Shown here one piece after another: positions 23,853 to 35,077 of a stretch of 64,000 bases of DNA (its first letter is position 1; every line of letters starts with the position of its first letter). Location of the stretch: the NCBI RefSeq assembly GCF_044324785.1, contig NZ_CP172127.1; one strand, 5' to 3'. The stretch is from Escherichia coli. GTDB lineage: Bacteria; Pseudomonadota; Gammaproteobacteria; Enterobacterales; Enterobacteriaceae. Under the pieces are notes generated by a model that saw nothing but the letters and a program-made list of their open reading frames with translations, searched no databases and was not told the origin of the DNA. A program made the position numbers and the translations under genes.

Positions 23853-24020
23853 TCAGGCCATTACTACCCTGTCCGCCATGGCTTCTCGCCAGCCTCCCAG
23901 CCATTGTGACCTTTGATTCAGCGTCTGATAGGGACACATTTCTTTTGAGCGTCCGGCGATGCCGGCCTGATAACCACGTTGATGTGCCCGTTCCAGGCGA
24001 TCTCGTTTTTGTCTCTTCAT
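23853..24020 (-). CDS. rmf: Ribosome modulation factor (100S ribosome dimerization)
   Basis: Not in the ORF track (55 aa, below its cutoff). Minus-strand ATG at 24020 gives MKRQKRDRLERAHQRGYQAGIAGRSKEMCPYQTLNQRSQWLGGWREAMADRVVMA, stop TGA at 23853-23855. Confidence 0.93.
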   Translation of the reverse strand: MKRQKRDRLERAHQRGYQAGIAGRSKEMCPYQTLNQRSQWLGGWREAMADRVVMA

Positions 24021-24218
24021 GCCTCGTTTCCCTCATACTGGTTTCTGGTGGAAAAGAAAACAGTGATTACTAAATGTGCAATCACAGTTAAGCAATACCG
24101 CGAATCATAACTGCCGTCAATGCGCAAAATTCACGCCACTGTCATATTTGTGAGCTACACGGGCATGTCGGTTGTACAAAAAATGTGAAGAGGAACAACT
24201 TTTTCCGCAAGTTAGAAA

Positions 24219-24253
24219 CAAAAAAACCGCCTCAGGCAACATACCGGAGACGG
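24219..24253 (-). terminator. Candidate intrinsic terminator downstream of pqiC
   Basis: Minus-strand RNA CCGUCUCCGG..CCUGAGGCGG stem (one wobble, one mismatch) followed by U7. Confidence 0.55.
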
Positions 24254-24275
24254 TTATATTTACAAATCTTTATGA

Positions 24276-24839
24276 TTACGGTAGACGCTTTATCTCTTGC
24301 GCAATAGAAGCGGCTTCCTGACTCCAGACACTGGCCAGCACTTTAACCATTTCATCGTAACCATCCTGAGTTTGCACCCCTTCCAGACGGAACGGACGTT
24401 TGATCAGTTGTCCCTGGTGGTTCAACAGCCACTCACCACTGACAATGACCTTGCCATCATATCGCCCGTTAAACTCCGTTACGGTAACATTGAGCGTATC
24501 CTGGGCGCTTCCCAGAGGCTGGGAGGCAACCACCCAGCCGGGCAGTTGCGTGCTCAGGTTGGCAACCAGAGTGTTGCGCAACTGTTGATCCAACGGGCTG
24601 GCCCACAAGTTGTTGTTGGCAATCACATACTTCACATCACTGGTTTGATAAACCACACCATTTCCGGCCAGATAGTCAGGAACAGCGACCTGCTCTACCC
24701 ATAACAGGCGATTACCCTGGCTGGCGGTACTTTGTGTACCGCTCTGCACCACAGGTAACTGGTAATAGTTTTTATTAATTTCGCCGGAGCTGCATCCGGC
24801 CAGCCACAGTGCTGCAATCGTCACTAGCCACTTTTTCAT
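24276..24839 (-). CDS. pqiC: Paraquat-inducible protein C, outer-membrane lipoprotein of the Pqi MCE pathway
   Basis: Track ORF 187 aa MKKWLVTIAALWLAGCSSGEINKNYYQLP... with lipobox LAGC. Confidence 0.9.
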   Translation of the reverse strand: MKKWLVTIAALWLAGCSSGEINKNYYQLPVVQSGTQSTASQGNRLLWVEQVAVPDYLAGNGVVYQTSDVKYVIANNNLWASPLDQQLRNTLVANLSTQLPGWVVASQPLGSAQDTLNVTVTEFNGRYDGKVIVSGEWLLNHQGQLIKRPFRLEGVQTQDGYDEMVKVLASVWSQEAASIAQEIKRLP

Positions 24840-26476
24840 TGTTTCGCCCTCTTCGGCTCTGGATCTTTTTTGTCCTTCGCTTCAAATACCAGCGCGTTAC
24901 TCTTCTCATTGAGCGTTTTCAGCACCGGTTGCAGTTCTCGCAACACCTGATCAAGGCGCTGCATATCCGCCACCATCTTGTTGTAGGCTGCGGAGCCAGG
25001 CTGGAAGCCCTGCATGCTGCGATTCAATTCACGCAACGTTGACTGCATATCCGTCGGCAGCTGCTGCATCGACTGGCTGGCGAGGATCTTGTTCATGCTA
25101 TCCAGCGTCGTTTGCAGGTTTTTCATTGTGCGCTGACTTTCAGAAAGCGTACTGGTTGCCTGTTCAATCATCGGATTCAATGGCAGTTTGTTGATCTTAT
25201 CCAACGCTTCCATCAGTCGTTGCTGGATTTGCGCCAGGCCGCCGCTAACGGTCGGGATAATCTGATAACCATTAAATTCACGAATACCGGTTATTGCAGG
25301 CGTATTTGGATAGAAATCGAGATCAACATACAGTGCGCCAGTGACCAGGTTTCCGGTTTTCAGCGATCCGCGTAAACCACGTTTCAACAATTCGCCAAGG
25401 TGCTCAACAACATCCGCATTTTCGCCAAGCTGCATTTTCAGCCGCTCTGGCTCGATACGAATCAGTACCGGAATACGGTAATCATCGTTAAATGTCTGAC
25501 GCATATTCGGCGCAAAGAATGGCACTTTGCTTACGGTACCCAGGCGAATCCCCCGGAATTCTACCGGAGCTCCCGGTTGCAGACCGCGTACCGAATCTTT
25601 AAAGAACATCAGATAATCAATGTGATCGGTGTACAACGAATCCTGAATGCTCTTCTGATCATCATACAAAACGAAAGCTGTTTTCGGTGCCACTGGCTGC
25701 CCTAAATCCAGACCTTCCGGCACATCAAAGCTGACACCGCCACTAAGCAGCGTTGTCAATGAGCCCATCTCCACACGCATTCCCGCTGACGTCAAATCAA
25801 CCGCAATGCCACTATCTTTCCAGAAGCGAACATTGCTGGTCACCAGTCGGTCATAAGGTGCATTGATGAACAGTTGATAGCTGATATTGCGTTTTTGCGT
25901 ATCGAAGGTGCTGGTTTCAACCGAACCTACCCGATAGCCACGGAACAGCACGGGATCTCCTGGCGAGAGCTGCCCGGCTTTTTTGCTATCGAGAATCACA
26001 CGGATACCTTTCGCATCAGGCGGGGCCAACGGTGGCGAGTCCAGCAAATCGTATTTATCCATTTTGCTGCCTTTCGCGCCTGGCTGCAGTTCGATATAAA
26101 CCCCAGACAGCAGCGTTCCCAGGCCGCTAATCCCTTCTCGACCAATCTGCGGTTTCACCACCCAAAAGACGGTATCTTTATGCAGCAATTTTTCCATACC
26201 GGAATTCAGCCGCGCTTTGATTTCAACGTGCGTCAAATCATCAGCCAGTGTGGCGCTTTCAACCACGCCGACGTCAACGCTACGGCTTTTAATGGTGGTT
26301 TTACCACCTTCAATTCCTTCCGCATTCGCGGTGATCAGGGTCACTTCCGGCCCCTGATGGCTGTAATGATAAAAAAGAACCCAGGCCCCAATGAGCGCCG
26401 TGACGATAGGAAATATCCACACGGGAGACCAGTTCTTCACTTTCTGGATTTTGGCTTCCCCATTATTAGATTCCAT
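24836..26476 (-). CDS. pqiB: Paraquat-inducible protein B (MCE-domain protein)
   Basis: Track ORF 24836..26536 trimmed to ATG 26476 (MESNNGEAKIQKVKNWSPVWIFPIVTALIGAWVLF...), 546 aa. Confidence 0.9.
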   Translation of the reverse strand: MESNNGEAKIQKVKNWSPVWIFPIVTALIGAWVLFYHYSHQGPEVTLITANAEGIEGGKTTIKSRSVDVGVVESATLADDLTHVEIKARLNSGMEKLLHKDTVFWVVKPQIGREGISGLGTLLSGVYIELQPGAKGSKMDKYDLLDSPPLAPPDAKGIRVILDSKKAGQLSPGDPVLFRGYRVGSVETSTFDTQKRNISYQLFINAPYDRLVTSNVRFWKDSGIAVDLTSAGMRVEMGSLTTLLSGGVSFDVPEGLDLGQPVAPKTAFVLYDDQKSIQDSLYTDHIDYLMFFKDSVRGLQPGAPVEFRGIRLGTVSKVPFFAPNMRQTFNDDYRIPVLIRIEPERLKMQLGENADVVEHLGELLKRGLRGSLKTGNLVTGALYVDLDFYPNTPAITGIREFNGYQIIPTVSGGLAQIQQRLMEALDKINKLPLNPMIEQATSTLSESQRTMKNLQTTLDSMNKILASQSMQQLPTDMQSTLRELNRSMQGFQPGSAAYNKMVADMQRLDQVLRELQPVLKTLNEKSNALVFEAKDKKDPEPKRAKQ

Positions 26477-26480
26477 ACTG

Positions 26481-27734
26481 TCAGGACTCCTCATGCTCTG
26501 ATTCAGGTTGACGATCCCACGACAAACGCGGGTCAAACGTCATAGCAGAAAACATTGTCATTATGACGACTAAAGCAAACATTAATGCACCCATTGCCGG
26601 ATAAATACTCATTAAACCTCCCATACGCACCAGCGCCGAGAGCACCGCGATAACGAAAACGTCAATCATCGACCAGCGGCCTACAAACTCAACAACTTCA
26701 TAAATCAAATGCATTCTTTCACTGTCGCGCTTGCCATGCCCTTTGGCATCCCAACACAACCACGCTATGGCGATCATCTTTAACGTTGGCACCATAATAC
26801 TGGCCAGAAAGATAACCGCAGCGACGGGATAAGATCCTTCGCTCCATAACAGGATGACCCCAGCGAGAATCGTCGATGGCATCTTCGAGCCTAATAAATC
26901 CGTCACCATGATGGGCAAAATATTAGCCGGAAGGTACAGCATGATGGACGTTACAAGCAGCGCGAGTGTCCATTGCAGGCTGTTTCTACGCCGAACGTAC
27001 CCTTTAGTACCACAGCGCGCGCATACGGGTTCATCAGCAGGAAGGATTGCCGTACAACAGGAGCAAGAACGCAGCCCCTGACGTATCCCCGTGACGCCAG
27101 GTTTTAGCGGCTGGCGCAGTTCTGGCATCGGGGCGATATCGTCCCATAACCAGCGACGATCAACGCACTGAAAGGCGCGCAGTTGCAGGACACAAAATAA
27201 ACACCAGGGGAGAAAGCTACTGCCGACACCAATGCTGCCGTAGGCCATCAGTTTAACGAAACTGACCAGCACACCCGCGAGGAAAATCTCCGCCATTCCC
27301 CAGGTTTTGAGTTGAAAAAGCACCCGTGCCAGTTGCTCTTTTAAACGGACCGGTAATTCCGCGCGATTCACCAGTAACAGAATGGTTATCAGACAAAACG
27401 CGGGAACCAGTTGCACAAACAACAGGAAAAAGGTGCCGAGGCTGGCGTAGTCCTCAGAAAAAAGCACGCCGGGAATTTCCAGTAATGTAATTTCACTGGT
27501 GACTCCCGCAACGTTCATATTCACAAAAGGAAACAAGTTGGACAGCAACAGCATGAACAGTGCAGCCAACGCATAGGCGGTGGGACGCTGCCGAGGGGCA
27601 TCCCACGCCACGGTTAACGTTGTGCCACACCGGGGACATGCCGCTTTCTGACCATGCTCAAGGCGCGGTAACGCCACCAGCATGTCACACTGCGAGCACA
27701 GGATGTGCTTCGCGGCATGATGATGTTCGCACAT
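26481..27734 (-). CDS. pqiA: Paraquat-inducible protein A (integral membrane, Zn-ribbon motifs)
   Basis: Track ORF 417 aa MCEHHHAAKHILCSQCDMLVALPRLEHGQKAACPRCGTTL... Confidence 0.9.
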   Translation of the reverse strand: MCEHHHAAKHILCSQCDMLVALPRLEHGQKAACPRCGTTLTVAWDAPRQRPTAYALAALFMLLLSNLFPFVNMNVAGVTSEITLLEIPGVLFSEDYASLGTFFLLFVQLVPAFCLITILLLVNRAELPVRLKEQLARVLFQLKTWGMAEIFLAGVLVSFVKLMAYGSIGVGSSFLPWCLFCVLQLRAFQCVDRRWLWDDIAPMPELRQPLKPGVTGIRQGLRSCSCCTAILPADEPVCARCGTKGYVRRRNSLQWTLALLVTSIMLYLPANILPIMVTDLLGSKMPSTILAGVILLWSEGSYPVAAVIFLASIMVPTLKMIAIAWLCWDAKGHGKRDSERMHLIYEVVEFVGRWSMIDVFVIAVLSALVRMGGLMSIYPAMGALMFALVVIMTMFSAMTFDPRLSWDRQPESEHEES

Positions 27735-27863
27735 TGGTACTCCTTAATGATGCGCTATTTTACAGATGACTAACAAAGTGTTGGTTTTCATGCCTGATTA
27801 ACCCAGTTCATCAGGCAATTTTACCGTTGTCAGCTGTCTCTGTTTAAATCGACTATTTTGCGA

Positions 27864-29771
27864 TCAGCCACCATTTTTTAACGCTTCAAGATACTCCCAG
27901 CGTTCAAAGGCTTGCTCCAGCTCCTGCTCTGCAGCAGCCATATCGGCGAGCACTTTTTGCGTCTGCTCATGCGGCTGACTGAAGAAGGAAGCATCCGCCA
28001 CCTGCGTCTGTAGGGCTTCCAGCTTCGCCTCCAGATCTTCGAGCAATTGCGGTAGCTGCTCCAGTTCGCGCTGCAATTTATAGCTTAGTTTGCTACTGCT
28101 GCGTTTTACAGTTTCTGCTTTTGGCGCGGCGGCTTCTTCGATTTTTTTCACCGCAGGCTGTTTGAGCGCCACATACTGTTCTTGCTGACCACGGGCATCA
28201 TGATAACCGCCGACATAACGACCAATTTTACCGCCGCCTTCGAAGATCCAGCATTCTGTAACGGTGTTATCGACAAACTGACGATCGTGGCTCACCAGCA
28301 ATACCGTGCCCTGGTAGCTGTCGATCAGTTCTTCCAGCAGTTCCAGCGTTTCAACATCAAGATCGTTGGTCGGTTCGTCAAGAATCAATAAGTTGCTTGG
28401 TTTGAGGAACAATCGCGCCAACAACAAGCGGTTACGCTCACCGCCAGAAAGCGCACGTACCGGCGTCATCGCCCGTTTCGGATGGAACAGGAAGTCCTGC
28501 AAATAGCCCAAAACATGGCGTGGCTTGCCGTTAACCATCACCTCTTGCTTACCTTCAGCAAGGTTATCCATCACCGTTTTATCGGGATCCAGTTCCGCAC
28601 GGTGCTGATCGAAATAAGCCACTTCCAGTTTGGTGCCAACGTGAATACGCCCGCTGTCCGCTTGAAGCTGACCGAGCATCAGTTTCAGCAGCGTGGTTTT
28701 GCCGCACCCATTCGGGCCAATCAGGGCAATTTTGTCGCCACGTAGAACTTGGGCAGAAAAATCTTTCACCAGTTGCTTACCGTCAACCTGGTAGCAAACG
28801 TCTTCCATTTCGAAAACGATCTTACCGGAGCGGCTGGCCTCTTCCACCTGCATCTTTGCGGTACCCATCACTTCGCGACGTTCGCCACGCTCGCGACGCA
28901 TTGCTTTCAGGGCGCGTACGCGGCCTTCATTACGGGTACGGCGTGCTTTGATCCCCTGGCGGATCCACACCTCTTCCTGCGCCAGTTTGCGATCGAACTC
29001 GGCATTTTGTAGTTCTTCCACGCGCAGGGCTTCTTCTTTTTCCAGCAGGTACTGGTCGTAATTGCCAGGATAGGTCACAAGTTTGCCGCGATCGAGATCA
29101 ACAATACGCGTCGCCATATTGCGGATAAACGAACGGTCGTGGGAGATGAAAATAATCGTCCCATTGAAGGTTTTAAGGAATCCTTCCAGCCAGTCGATGG
29201 TTTCGATATCCAGGTGGTTAGTCGGTTCGTCGAGCAGCAATACGCGCGGATTGCTCACCAGCGCTCGTCCTAATGCCGCTTTACGCAACCAACCGCCGGA
29301 AAGCGACGACAGCGCAACATTAGGATCTAACCCCAGTTGCGCCAGCACTTCGTTGATGCGGTTTTCCAGCTGCCACAGGTTGTGGTGATCCAGCTGTTCC
29401 TGAACCTTCGCCAGTTCGTTGAGATTTTTCTCGCTCGGGTCGTTCATCACCAGGCGCGAAATATCGTGATAGCGTTTCAGGTATTCCGCTTGTTCTTCAA
29501 TGCCTTCGGCAACGAAATCATAAACGCTACCCTCAACGTTACGCGGCGGATCCTGTTGCAGACGAGCTACAATCAAATCTTGCTCGTAAATAATGCGACC
29601 GTCATCCAGCCCTTGTTCACGGTTGAGGATTTTCATTAACGTCGATTTGCCTGCGCCGTTACGGCCTACCAGACAAACACGTTCGTTATCTTCGATATGC
29701 AGTTCTGCGTTATCGAGAAGCGGCGCGTCGCTGAACGACAGCCATGCGCCATGCATACTGATTAATGACAT
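27864..29771 (-). CDS. uup: ABC-F family ATPase Uup
   Basis: Track ORF 635 aa with two ABC cassettes (GRNGAGKST and GPNGCGKTT Walker A) and a C-terminal coiled coil. Confidence 0.94.
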   Translation of the reverse strand: MSLISMHGAWLSFSDAPLLDNAELHIEDNERVCLVGRNGAGKSTLMKILNREQGLDDGRIIYEQDLIVARLQQDPPRNVEGSVYDFVAEGIEEQAEYLKRYHDISRLVMNDPSEKNLNELAKVQEQLDHHNLWQLENRINEVLAQLGLDPNVALSSLSGGWLRKAALGRALVSNPRVLLLDEPTNHLDIETIDWLEGFLKTFNGTIIFISHDRSFIRNMATRIVDLDRGKLVTYPGNYDQYLLEKEEALRVEELQNAEFDRKLAQEEVWIRQGIKARRTRNEGRVRALKAMRRERGERREVMGTAKMQVEEASRSGKIVFEMEDVCYQVDGKQLVKDFSAQVLRGDKIALIGPNGCGKTTLLKLMLGQLQADSGRIHVGTKLEVAYFDQHRAELDPDKTVMDNLAEGKQEVMVNGKPRHVLGYLQDFLFHPKRAMTPVRALSGGERNRLLLARLFLKPSNLLILDEPTNDLDVETLELLEELIDSYQGTVLLVSHDRQFVDNTVTECWIFEGGGKIGRYVGGYHDARGQQEQYVALKQPAVKKIEEAAAPKAETVKRSSSKLSYKLQRELEQLPQLLEDLEAKLEALQTQVADASFFSQPHEQTQKVLADMAAAEQELEQAFERWEYLEALKNGG

Positions 29772-29782
29772 TACTATTCCTT

Positions 29783-31891
29783 TCAGGCTGCGGTAATCAG
29801 CCAGCAGTTGTGGATCTGGCGGTTACGGGCGAAATCCTGGGAGAGCGTTTTTTGCGTAATTTCTTGTGCTTTCAGTCCCAGTTTTGCCAGGCCGTCGAGA
29901 TCCATACGGAAGCCACGTTTGTTGTTCGAGAACATGATCGTCCCACCTGCACGCAGCAGACGTTTCAAATCTTTCATCAGCGCCAGATGATCGCGCTGAA
30001 CATCAAACGCATCTTCCATTCGTTTTGAGTTAGAGAAGGTTGGCGGATCGATAAAGATCAGATCGAACTGTTCATTTGCCTCACGCAGCCACGCCAGGCA
30101 ATCGGCCTGAATCAGGCGATGCGCACGCCCGGTTAGGCCATTCAGACGCAGGTTGCGTTCTGCCCACTCCAGATAAGTACGCGACATATCCACGGTGGTG
30201 GTGCTGCGTGCACCGCCTAATCCCGCATGCACGGTGGCGCTGCCGGTATAAGAGAACAGGTTGAGGAAATCTTTGCCTTTGCTCATCTGACCTAGCATAC
30301 GGCGGGCGATGCGGTGATCGAGGAACAGACCAGTATCGAGATAATCCGTCAGGTTCACCCACAAGTGAGCGTTATATTCGGTAACTTCCAGAAACTCGCC
30401 CTTCTCGCCCAGTTTCTGGTACTGATTTTTGCCCTTCTGACGTTCACGGGTTTTCAGCACCAGTTTGTTTGGCGCAATCCCCAGTACCGAAATGGTTGCA
30501 GCGATAATATCGAACAGACGCTGACGCGCTTTGTGCGCATCAATAGTTTTTGGCGGCGCATACTCCTGCACCACCACCCAGTCGGCATAACGGTCAACGG
30601 CAACGTTATATTCTGGCAGATCGGCGTCATACAGGCGGTAACATTCAATCCCTTCCTGGCGAGCCCACTTCTCGAATTTTTTGAGGTTCTTACGCAGGCG
30701 GTTGGCGTAGTCTTCCGCTACCATCGCCGGTTTGCTGTCTGGAGTGCTTTCGGCAACGTGGTAATTTTTCTGTACGCAGTCCAGCGGGCCGTTTTTCGCC
30801 TTGTACTGTTTGTCTGCACGCAGCTGCAGGCAGCTGAGCAGATCCGGCGAGGCACTAAACAAAGAGAGATTCCAACCACCAAACTGGTTTTTCATGATTC
30901 GGCCCAGCAGACTATGCAGCGCAATCAGCGCCGGTTCGCTGTCCAGACGTTCGCCGTAAGGCGGGTTGCTCAACACTGTACCGTATGGCCCTTTCGGCAG
31001 CGGATTGGTCAGTTGCGCGACATCTTTCACTTCAAAAGTGATCAGTTCGCCAATCCCCGCAAGACGGGCGTTGGTGCGCGCACGTTGAATCACCCGTGCG
31101 TCGCTGTCCGAACCATAAAAATGAGAGCTATACTCAGCCAGGCCTTTGCGGGCGCGAGTTTGCGCTTCCGCTTTCACTTCCTGCCAGATAGCTTCATCAT
31201 GCTGCGCCCAGCCGCTAAAGCCCCAACGCCCACGGTGCAAGCCTGGTGCGCGATCGGTCGCCAGCATCGCCGCTTCAATCAGCAACGTACCGGAACCACA
31301 CATCGGATCGAGCAGCGGTGTTCCTGGCTGCCAGCCGGATCGCATCACAATCGCGGCTGCCAGGGTTTCTTTGATCGGCGCAATACCAGCACGATCGCGA
31401 TAGCCACGCAGATGTAAACCATCACCACTGAGATCAAGGGCGATACTGGCTGTTTCTTTATGCAGCCAGACGTTAACGCGGATATCCGGCGCATCGCGAT
31501 CAACATTTGGACGCGGCAGATTTTTCCGCGTGAAAGCATCGACGATCGCGTCTTTCACTTTCATCGCACCGTACTGACTGTTGCGGATGGTGTCATTCAA
31601 ACCACTGAAGTGGACAGCGAAGGTCGCACCAGGATTAAACATCTCTGTCCAGTTGATCGCCTGAACACCGAGATAGAGGTCTAAATCGCTGTAAACCTTA
31701 CACTCGCCCAGTGGCAACATAATACGCGAGGCCAGGCGGCTCCACATCAGGCTCTGGTAAACAAGCCGTGTGTCGCCCTTGAAATGGACCCCACCCTGAA
31801 CCACCTGGCATTCAACGGCCCCCAGGTTTTCCAGTTCAGTTTTTAACAGCTCTTCCAGCCCACGGGCCGTACTGGCAAACAGAGAATTCAT
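29783..31891 (-). CDS. rlmL: Bifunctional 23S rRNA methyltransferase RlmKL (m2G2445/m7G2069)
   Basis: Track ORF 702 aa [25 protein letters not shown]... Confidence 0.92.
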   Translation of the reverse strand: MNSLFASTARGLEELLKTELENLGAVECQVVQGGVHFKGDTRLVYQSLMWSRLASRIMLPLGECKVYSDLDLYLGVQAINWTEMFNPGATFAVHFSGLNDTIRNSQYGAMKVKDAIVDAFTRKNLPRPNVDRDAPDIRVNVWLHKETASIALDLSGDGLHLRGYRDRAGIAPIKETLAAAIVMRSGWQPGTPLLDPMCGSGTLLIEAAMLATDRAPGLHRGRWGFSGWAQHDEAIWQEVKAEAQTRARKGLAEYSSHFYGSDSDARVIQRARTNARLAGIGELITFEVKDVAQLTNPLPKGPYGTVLSNPPYGERLDSEPALIALHSLLGRIMKNQFGGWNLSLFSASPDLLSCLQLRADKQYKAKNGPLDCVQKNYHVAESTPDSKPAMVAEDYANRLRKNLKKFEKWARQEGIECYRLYDADLPEYNVAVDRYADWVVVQEYAPPKTIDAHKARQRLFDIIAATISVLGIAPNKLVLKTRERQKGKNQYQKLGEKGEFLEVTEYNAHLWVNLTDYLDTGLFLDHRIARRMLGQMSKGKDFLNLFSYTGSATVHAGLGGARSTTTVDMSRTYLEWAERNLRLNGLTGRAHRLIQADCLAWLREANEQFDLIFIDPPTFSNSKRMEDAFDVQRDHLALMKDLKRLLRAGGTIMFSNNKRGFRMDLDGLAKLGLKAQEITQKTLSQDFARNRQIHNCWLITAA

Positions 31892-32134
31892 ATCGTCACT
31901 TTTACTCTAAGAGCCTACCGCAGTAGGCGTAATTGTTGCAGTCAGTCTGGACATGGACAGCGCGGAGAAACCGGAGCGTACACAAGTACGTGAGGATTTC
32001 GAGCACTTCCCTGGGCCAAACTGACAAATAAAATAGCCTAATGGGACAGGCGCTAAGAAAATTGTTGCGCATTATAGCTAATAAGCGCGTCATGTCATAA
32101 AGTTGAGGGCTTATTTTCATTTGAGGACCGCACC

Positions 32135-33244
32135 GTGGCGACATTAACCCGGCTTTTTATTCATCCTGTTAAATCGATGCGCGGCATTGGTCTTACACAT
32201 GCTCTGGCAGATGTCAGTGGTCTGGCCTTCGATCGCATCTTTATGATCACGGAACCTGACGGTACGTTTATTACCGCTCGCCAGTTTCCCCAGATGGTAC
32301 GGTTTACTCCTTCACCTGTGCATGATGGCTTGCATCTCACCGCACCAGATGGCAGTAGCGCATATGTTCGTTTTGCTGATTTCGCCACACAAGACGCACC
32401 AACCGAAGTTTGGGGCACACATTTTACCGCGCGAATTGCGCCAGGCGCGATCAACAAATGGCTAAGTGGATTTTTCTCCCGCGAAGTGCAATTACGCTGG
32501 GTGGGGCCACAAATGACCCGGCGCGTGAAACGCCACAACACTGTACCTCTGTCATTTGCTGATGGCTATCCTTACCTTCTTGCTAACGAAGCCTCGTTAC
32601 GTGATCTCCAACAACGTTGTCCAGCCAGTGTAAAAATGGAGCAATTCCGCCCCAATCTGGTGGTTTCCGGCGCGTCCGCCTGGGAAGAAGATAGCTGGAA
32701 AGTGATTCGCATTGGTGATGTGGTATTTGATGTGGTTAAACCTTGTAGCCGCTGTATTTTCACCACCGTCAGCCCAGAAAAAGGGCAAAAACATCCGGCA
32801 GGCGAACCATTAAAAACATTGCAATCTTTCCGCACTGCCCAGGATAACGGCGATGTCGATTTTGGTCAGAATTTAATTGCCCGTAATAGCGGCGTAATTC
32901 GCGTTGGCGATGAGGTGGAAATTCTGGCAACGGCTCCGGCTAAAATTTACGGCGCAGCCGCCGCTGATGATACCGTCAACATCACGCAACAACCGGACGC
33001 AAATGTAGATATTGACTGGCAGGGACAGGCATTTCGTGGAAATAACCAGCAGGTGTTGCTGGAGCAATTAGAAAATCAGGGAATTCGTATCCCTTATTCT
33101 TGCCGCGCGGGCATTTGTGGAAGTTGCCGTGTTCAGCTTTTAGAAGGCGAAGTCACGCCGCTGAAAAAATCAGCAATGGGCGATGATGGCACCATTCTTT
33201 GCTGTAGCTGTGTACCGAAGACTGCGCTTAAGCTGACGCGTTAG
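32135..33244 (+). CDS. ycbX: MOSC-domain protein with C-terminal 2Fe-2S ferredoxin domain
   Basis: Track ORF 369 aa beginning at GTG 32135 ([19 protein letters not shown]...); GAGGA Shine-Dalgarno at 32122-32126; C-terminal [11 protein letters not shown] ferredoxin motif. Confidence 0.9.
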   Translation: MATLTRLFIHPVKSMRGIGLTHALADVSGLAFDRIFMITEPDGTFITARQFPQMVRFTPSPVHDGLHLTAPDGSSAYVRFADFATQDAPTEVWGTHFTARIAPGAINKWLSGFFSREVQLRWVGPQMTRRVKRHNTVPLSFADGYPYLLANEASLRDLQQRCPASVKMEQFRPNLVVSGASAWEEDSWKVIRIGDVVFDVVKPCSRCIFTTVSPEKGQKHPAGEPLKTLQSFRTAQDNGDVDFGQNLIARNSGVIRVGDEVEILATAPAKIYGAAAADDTVNITQQPDANVDIDWQGQAFRGNNQQVLLEQLENQGIRIPYSCRAGICGSCRVQLLEGEVTPLKKSAMGDDGTILCCSCVPKTALKLTR

Positions 33245-33783
33245 ACTGCCTGTTCGAGGCTGAAGCTGTCCGCATTAACCTGCGGTTTCAGCCTGTCGTT
33301 CATGATTTTAATGGCGTCGCCCAACTGCATCGTGCGACCCGCAATAACAACGCAGGGTTGGGCCAGCAGGCATAGTGCGGCATTTTCGCCAGATTCAATG
33401 ACCAGCAAATTGACCTGCTCGTGAGTATCGCTCAACCAAACGCAGGCCGCATCGCCCGGCATGGGCATCCACATTTCACCATGAGATACAAAATGCCAGC
33501 TTTTCGGCATTTGCGGTTTGAGATAACGAATTGCTACCAGTGCATTAAGCACCAGTTCGGCTTTTTGTTCTTTAGATAAATTAAAATCGCGGCATTTTTC
33601 TTCAAATGAGAAATAGAGCGCTGCATCATCAACACAAAAAACGGAGGGATTAAAGGCATCTGGTGTGAGCATTTTACGAGCAAAACGCGAGCGAAATAAC
33701 ATACCATTGGCTAAATCGAGCATCATTCGATCGTGCTCTTCATCATAATACCAGCGCCAGTTATCGTCAGGTTTAATTCGCAT
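33241..33783 (-). CDS. zapC: Cell-division protein ZapC
   Basis: Track ORF 180 aa [30 protein letters not shown]... Confidence 0.92.
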   Translation of the reverse strand: MRIKPDDNWRWYYDEEHDRMMLDLANGMLFRSRFARKMLTPDAFNPSVFCVDDAALYFSFEEKCRDFNLSKEQKAELVLNALVAIRYLKPQMPKSWHFVSHGEMWMPMPGDAACVWLSDTHEQVNLLVIESGENAALCLLAQPCVVIAGRTMQLGDAIKIMNDRLKPQVNADSFSLEQAV

Positions 33784-33956
33784 GCGGATTCTCCCACCTA
33801 AATCATTCTGCGCAACATTGTCCTTTGCCGCTTCGTTTATTGCCCTAAATAAGAAAAGACTAAAATGTATAAATAAGCAACAGGTAAGGAATATAAAACA
33901 ACCAGGGCTGGAAATAAAGCCCCGGTTGTCTCATAACGTTAAAAAGGAGAAATTAA

Positions 33957-34967
33957 TCAGATATTGCTAACGATTTCTTTAATCAAAGGCGGTCCTTTGA
34001 AAATAAATCCCGAATAAATTTGCACCAGCGTTGCACCCGCAGCAATCTTTTCACGCGCAGCGATAACCGAGTCAATGCCGCCAACACCGATGATCGGTAA
34101 GCGACCGTTTAATTCCTGTGACAAGCGGCGAATAATTTCTGTGCTTTTTAACTGAAGCGGACGACCACTTAAGCCACCGGTTTGATCACAATTTTTCATT
34201 CCCTGAACCAGAGAACGATCGAGCGTGGTATTGGTTGCAATAACGCCATCAATATTATGGCGAACTAAACTATCGGCAACCTGGATCAATTCTTCTTCAG
34301 AAAGATCCGGCGCGATCTTCACTGCGATCGGCACATATTTATGGTGCATCGCTTGCAAATCATTTTGCTTATTTTTAATCGCGGTTAAGAGATCATCCAG
34401 CGCTTCGCCATATTGCAGTGTGCGTAGTCCTGGGGTATTCGGCGATGAAATATTGATGGCGATATATCCCGCATAAGCATAGATTTTTTCCATACAAATC
34501 AGATAGTCATCTTTACCCTGCTCCACCGGCGTATCTTTATTTTTGCCGATGTTAATACCCAGGACGCCATCATAATGGGCTTTTTTTACGTTCTCTACGA
34601 GGTTATCAACGCCAAGATTATTAAAGCCCATACGGTTGATCAAACCTTCGGCATCTACCAGACGAAAGAGACGCGGCTTGTCATTACCTGGCTGTGGACG
34701 TGGCGTGACGGTACCGATCTCGATCGATCCAAATCCCATCGCGCCTAACGCGTCAATGCACTCCCCGTCTTTATCAAGACCGGCTGCCAGACCAAGCGGA
34801 TTTTTAAACGTCAGGCCCATGCAGTTAACAGGTTTCGCAGGCACTTTCTGCCGCACCAGTGCTTCAAACGGCGTTCCGGTAATGCGGCGTAATTGCTGAA
34901 AAGTAAACTCATGAGCGCGCTCTGGATCGAGCTGGAAAAGGGCTTTACGAACGAAGGGGTAGTACAT
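33957..34967 (-). CDS. pyrD: Dihydroorotate dehydrogenase (quinone)
   Basis: Track ORF 33957..34994 (TTG-extended) trimmed to ATG 34967 ([21 protein letters not shown]...), 336 aa. Confidence 0.95.
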   Translation of the reverse strand: MYYPFVRKALFQLDPERAHEFTFQQLRRITGTPFEALVRQKVPAKPVNCMGLTFKNPLGLAAGLDKDGECIDALGAMGFGSIEIGTVTPRPQPGNDKPRLFRLVDAEGLINRMGFNNLGVDNLVENVKKAHYDGVLGINIGKNKDTPVEQGKDDYLICMEKIYAYAGYIAINISSPNTPGLRTLQYGEALDDLLTAIKNKQNDLQAMHHKYVPIAVKIAPDLSEEELIQVADSLVRHNIDGVIATNTTLDRSLVQGMKNCDQTGGLSGRPLQLKSTEIIRRLSQELNGRLPIIGVGGIDSVIAAREKIAAGATLVQIYSGFIFKGPPLIKEIVSNI

Positions 34968-35077
34968 GAACTCTCCTGGATTCCCGGTGTGCAAACCGGG
35001 GGCGTATTATGTGCGAGTTCGGACCAAAAGGGAATTGACCTGTGGCAAAAAAAGCGCAAACGTTTTCCGAACCTGTT

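Noticed and set aside
23839-24036. 65-aa track ORF MRETRHEETKTRSPG...
   Set aside because: Wrong frame of the rmf locus; the real product is the 55-aa Rmf encoded at 23853..24020 on the same strand.
30314-31417. 367-aa plus-strand ORF inside rlmL, plus similar long antisense ORFs inside mukB (60470..60916, 62372..63199) and pqiB (25874..26545)
   Set aside because: All are antisense to well-supported genes and show biased, repetitive composition; GC-rich genes routinely give long open antisense frames.
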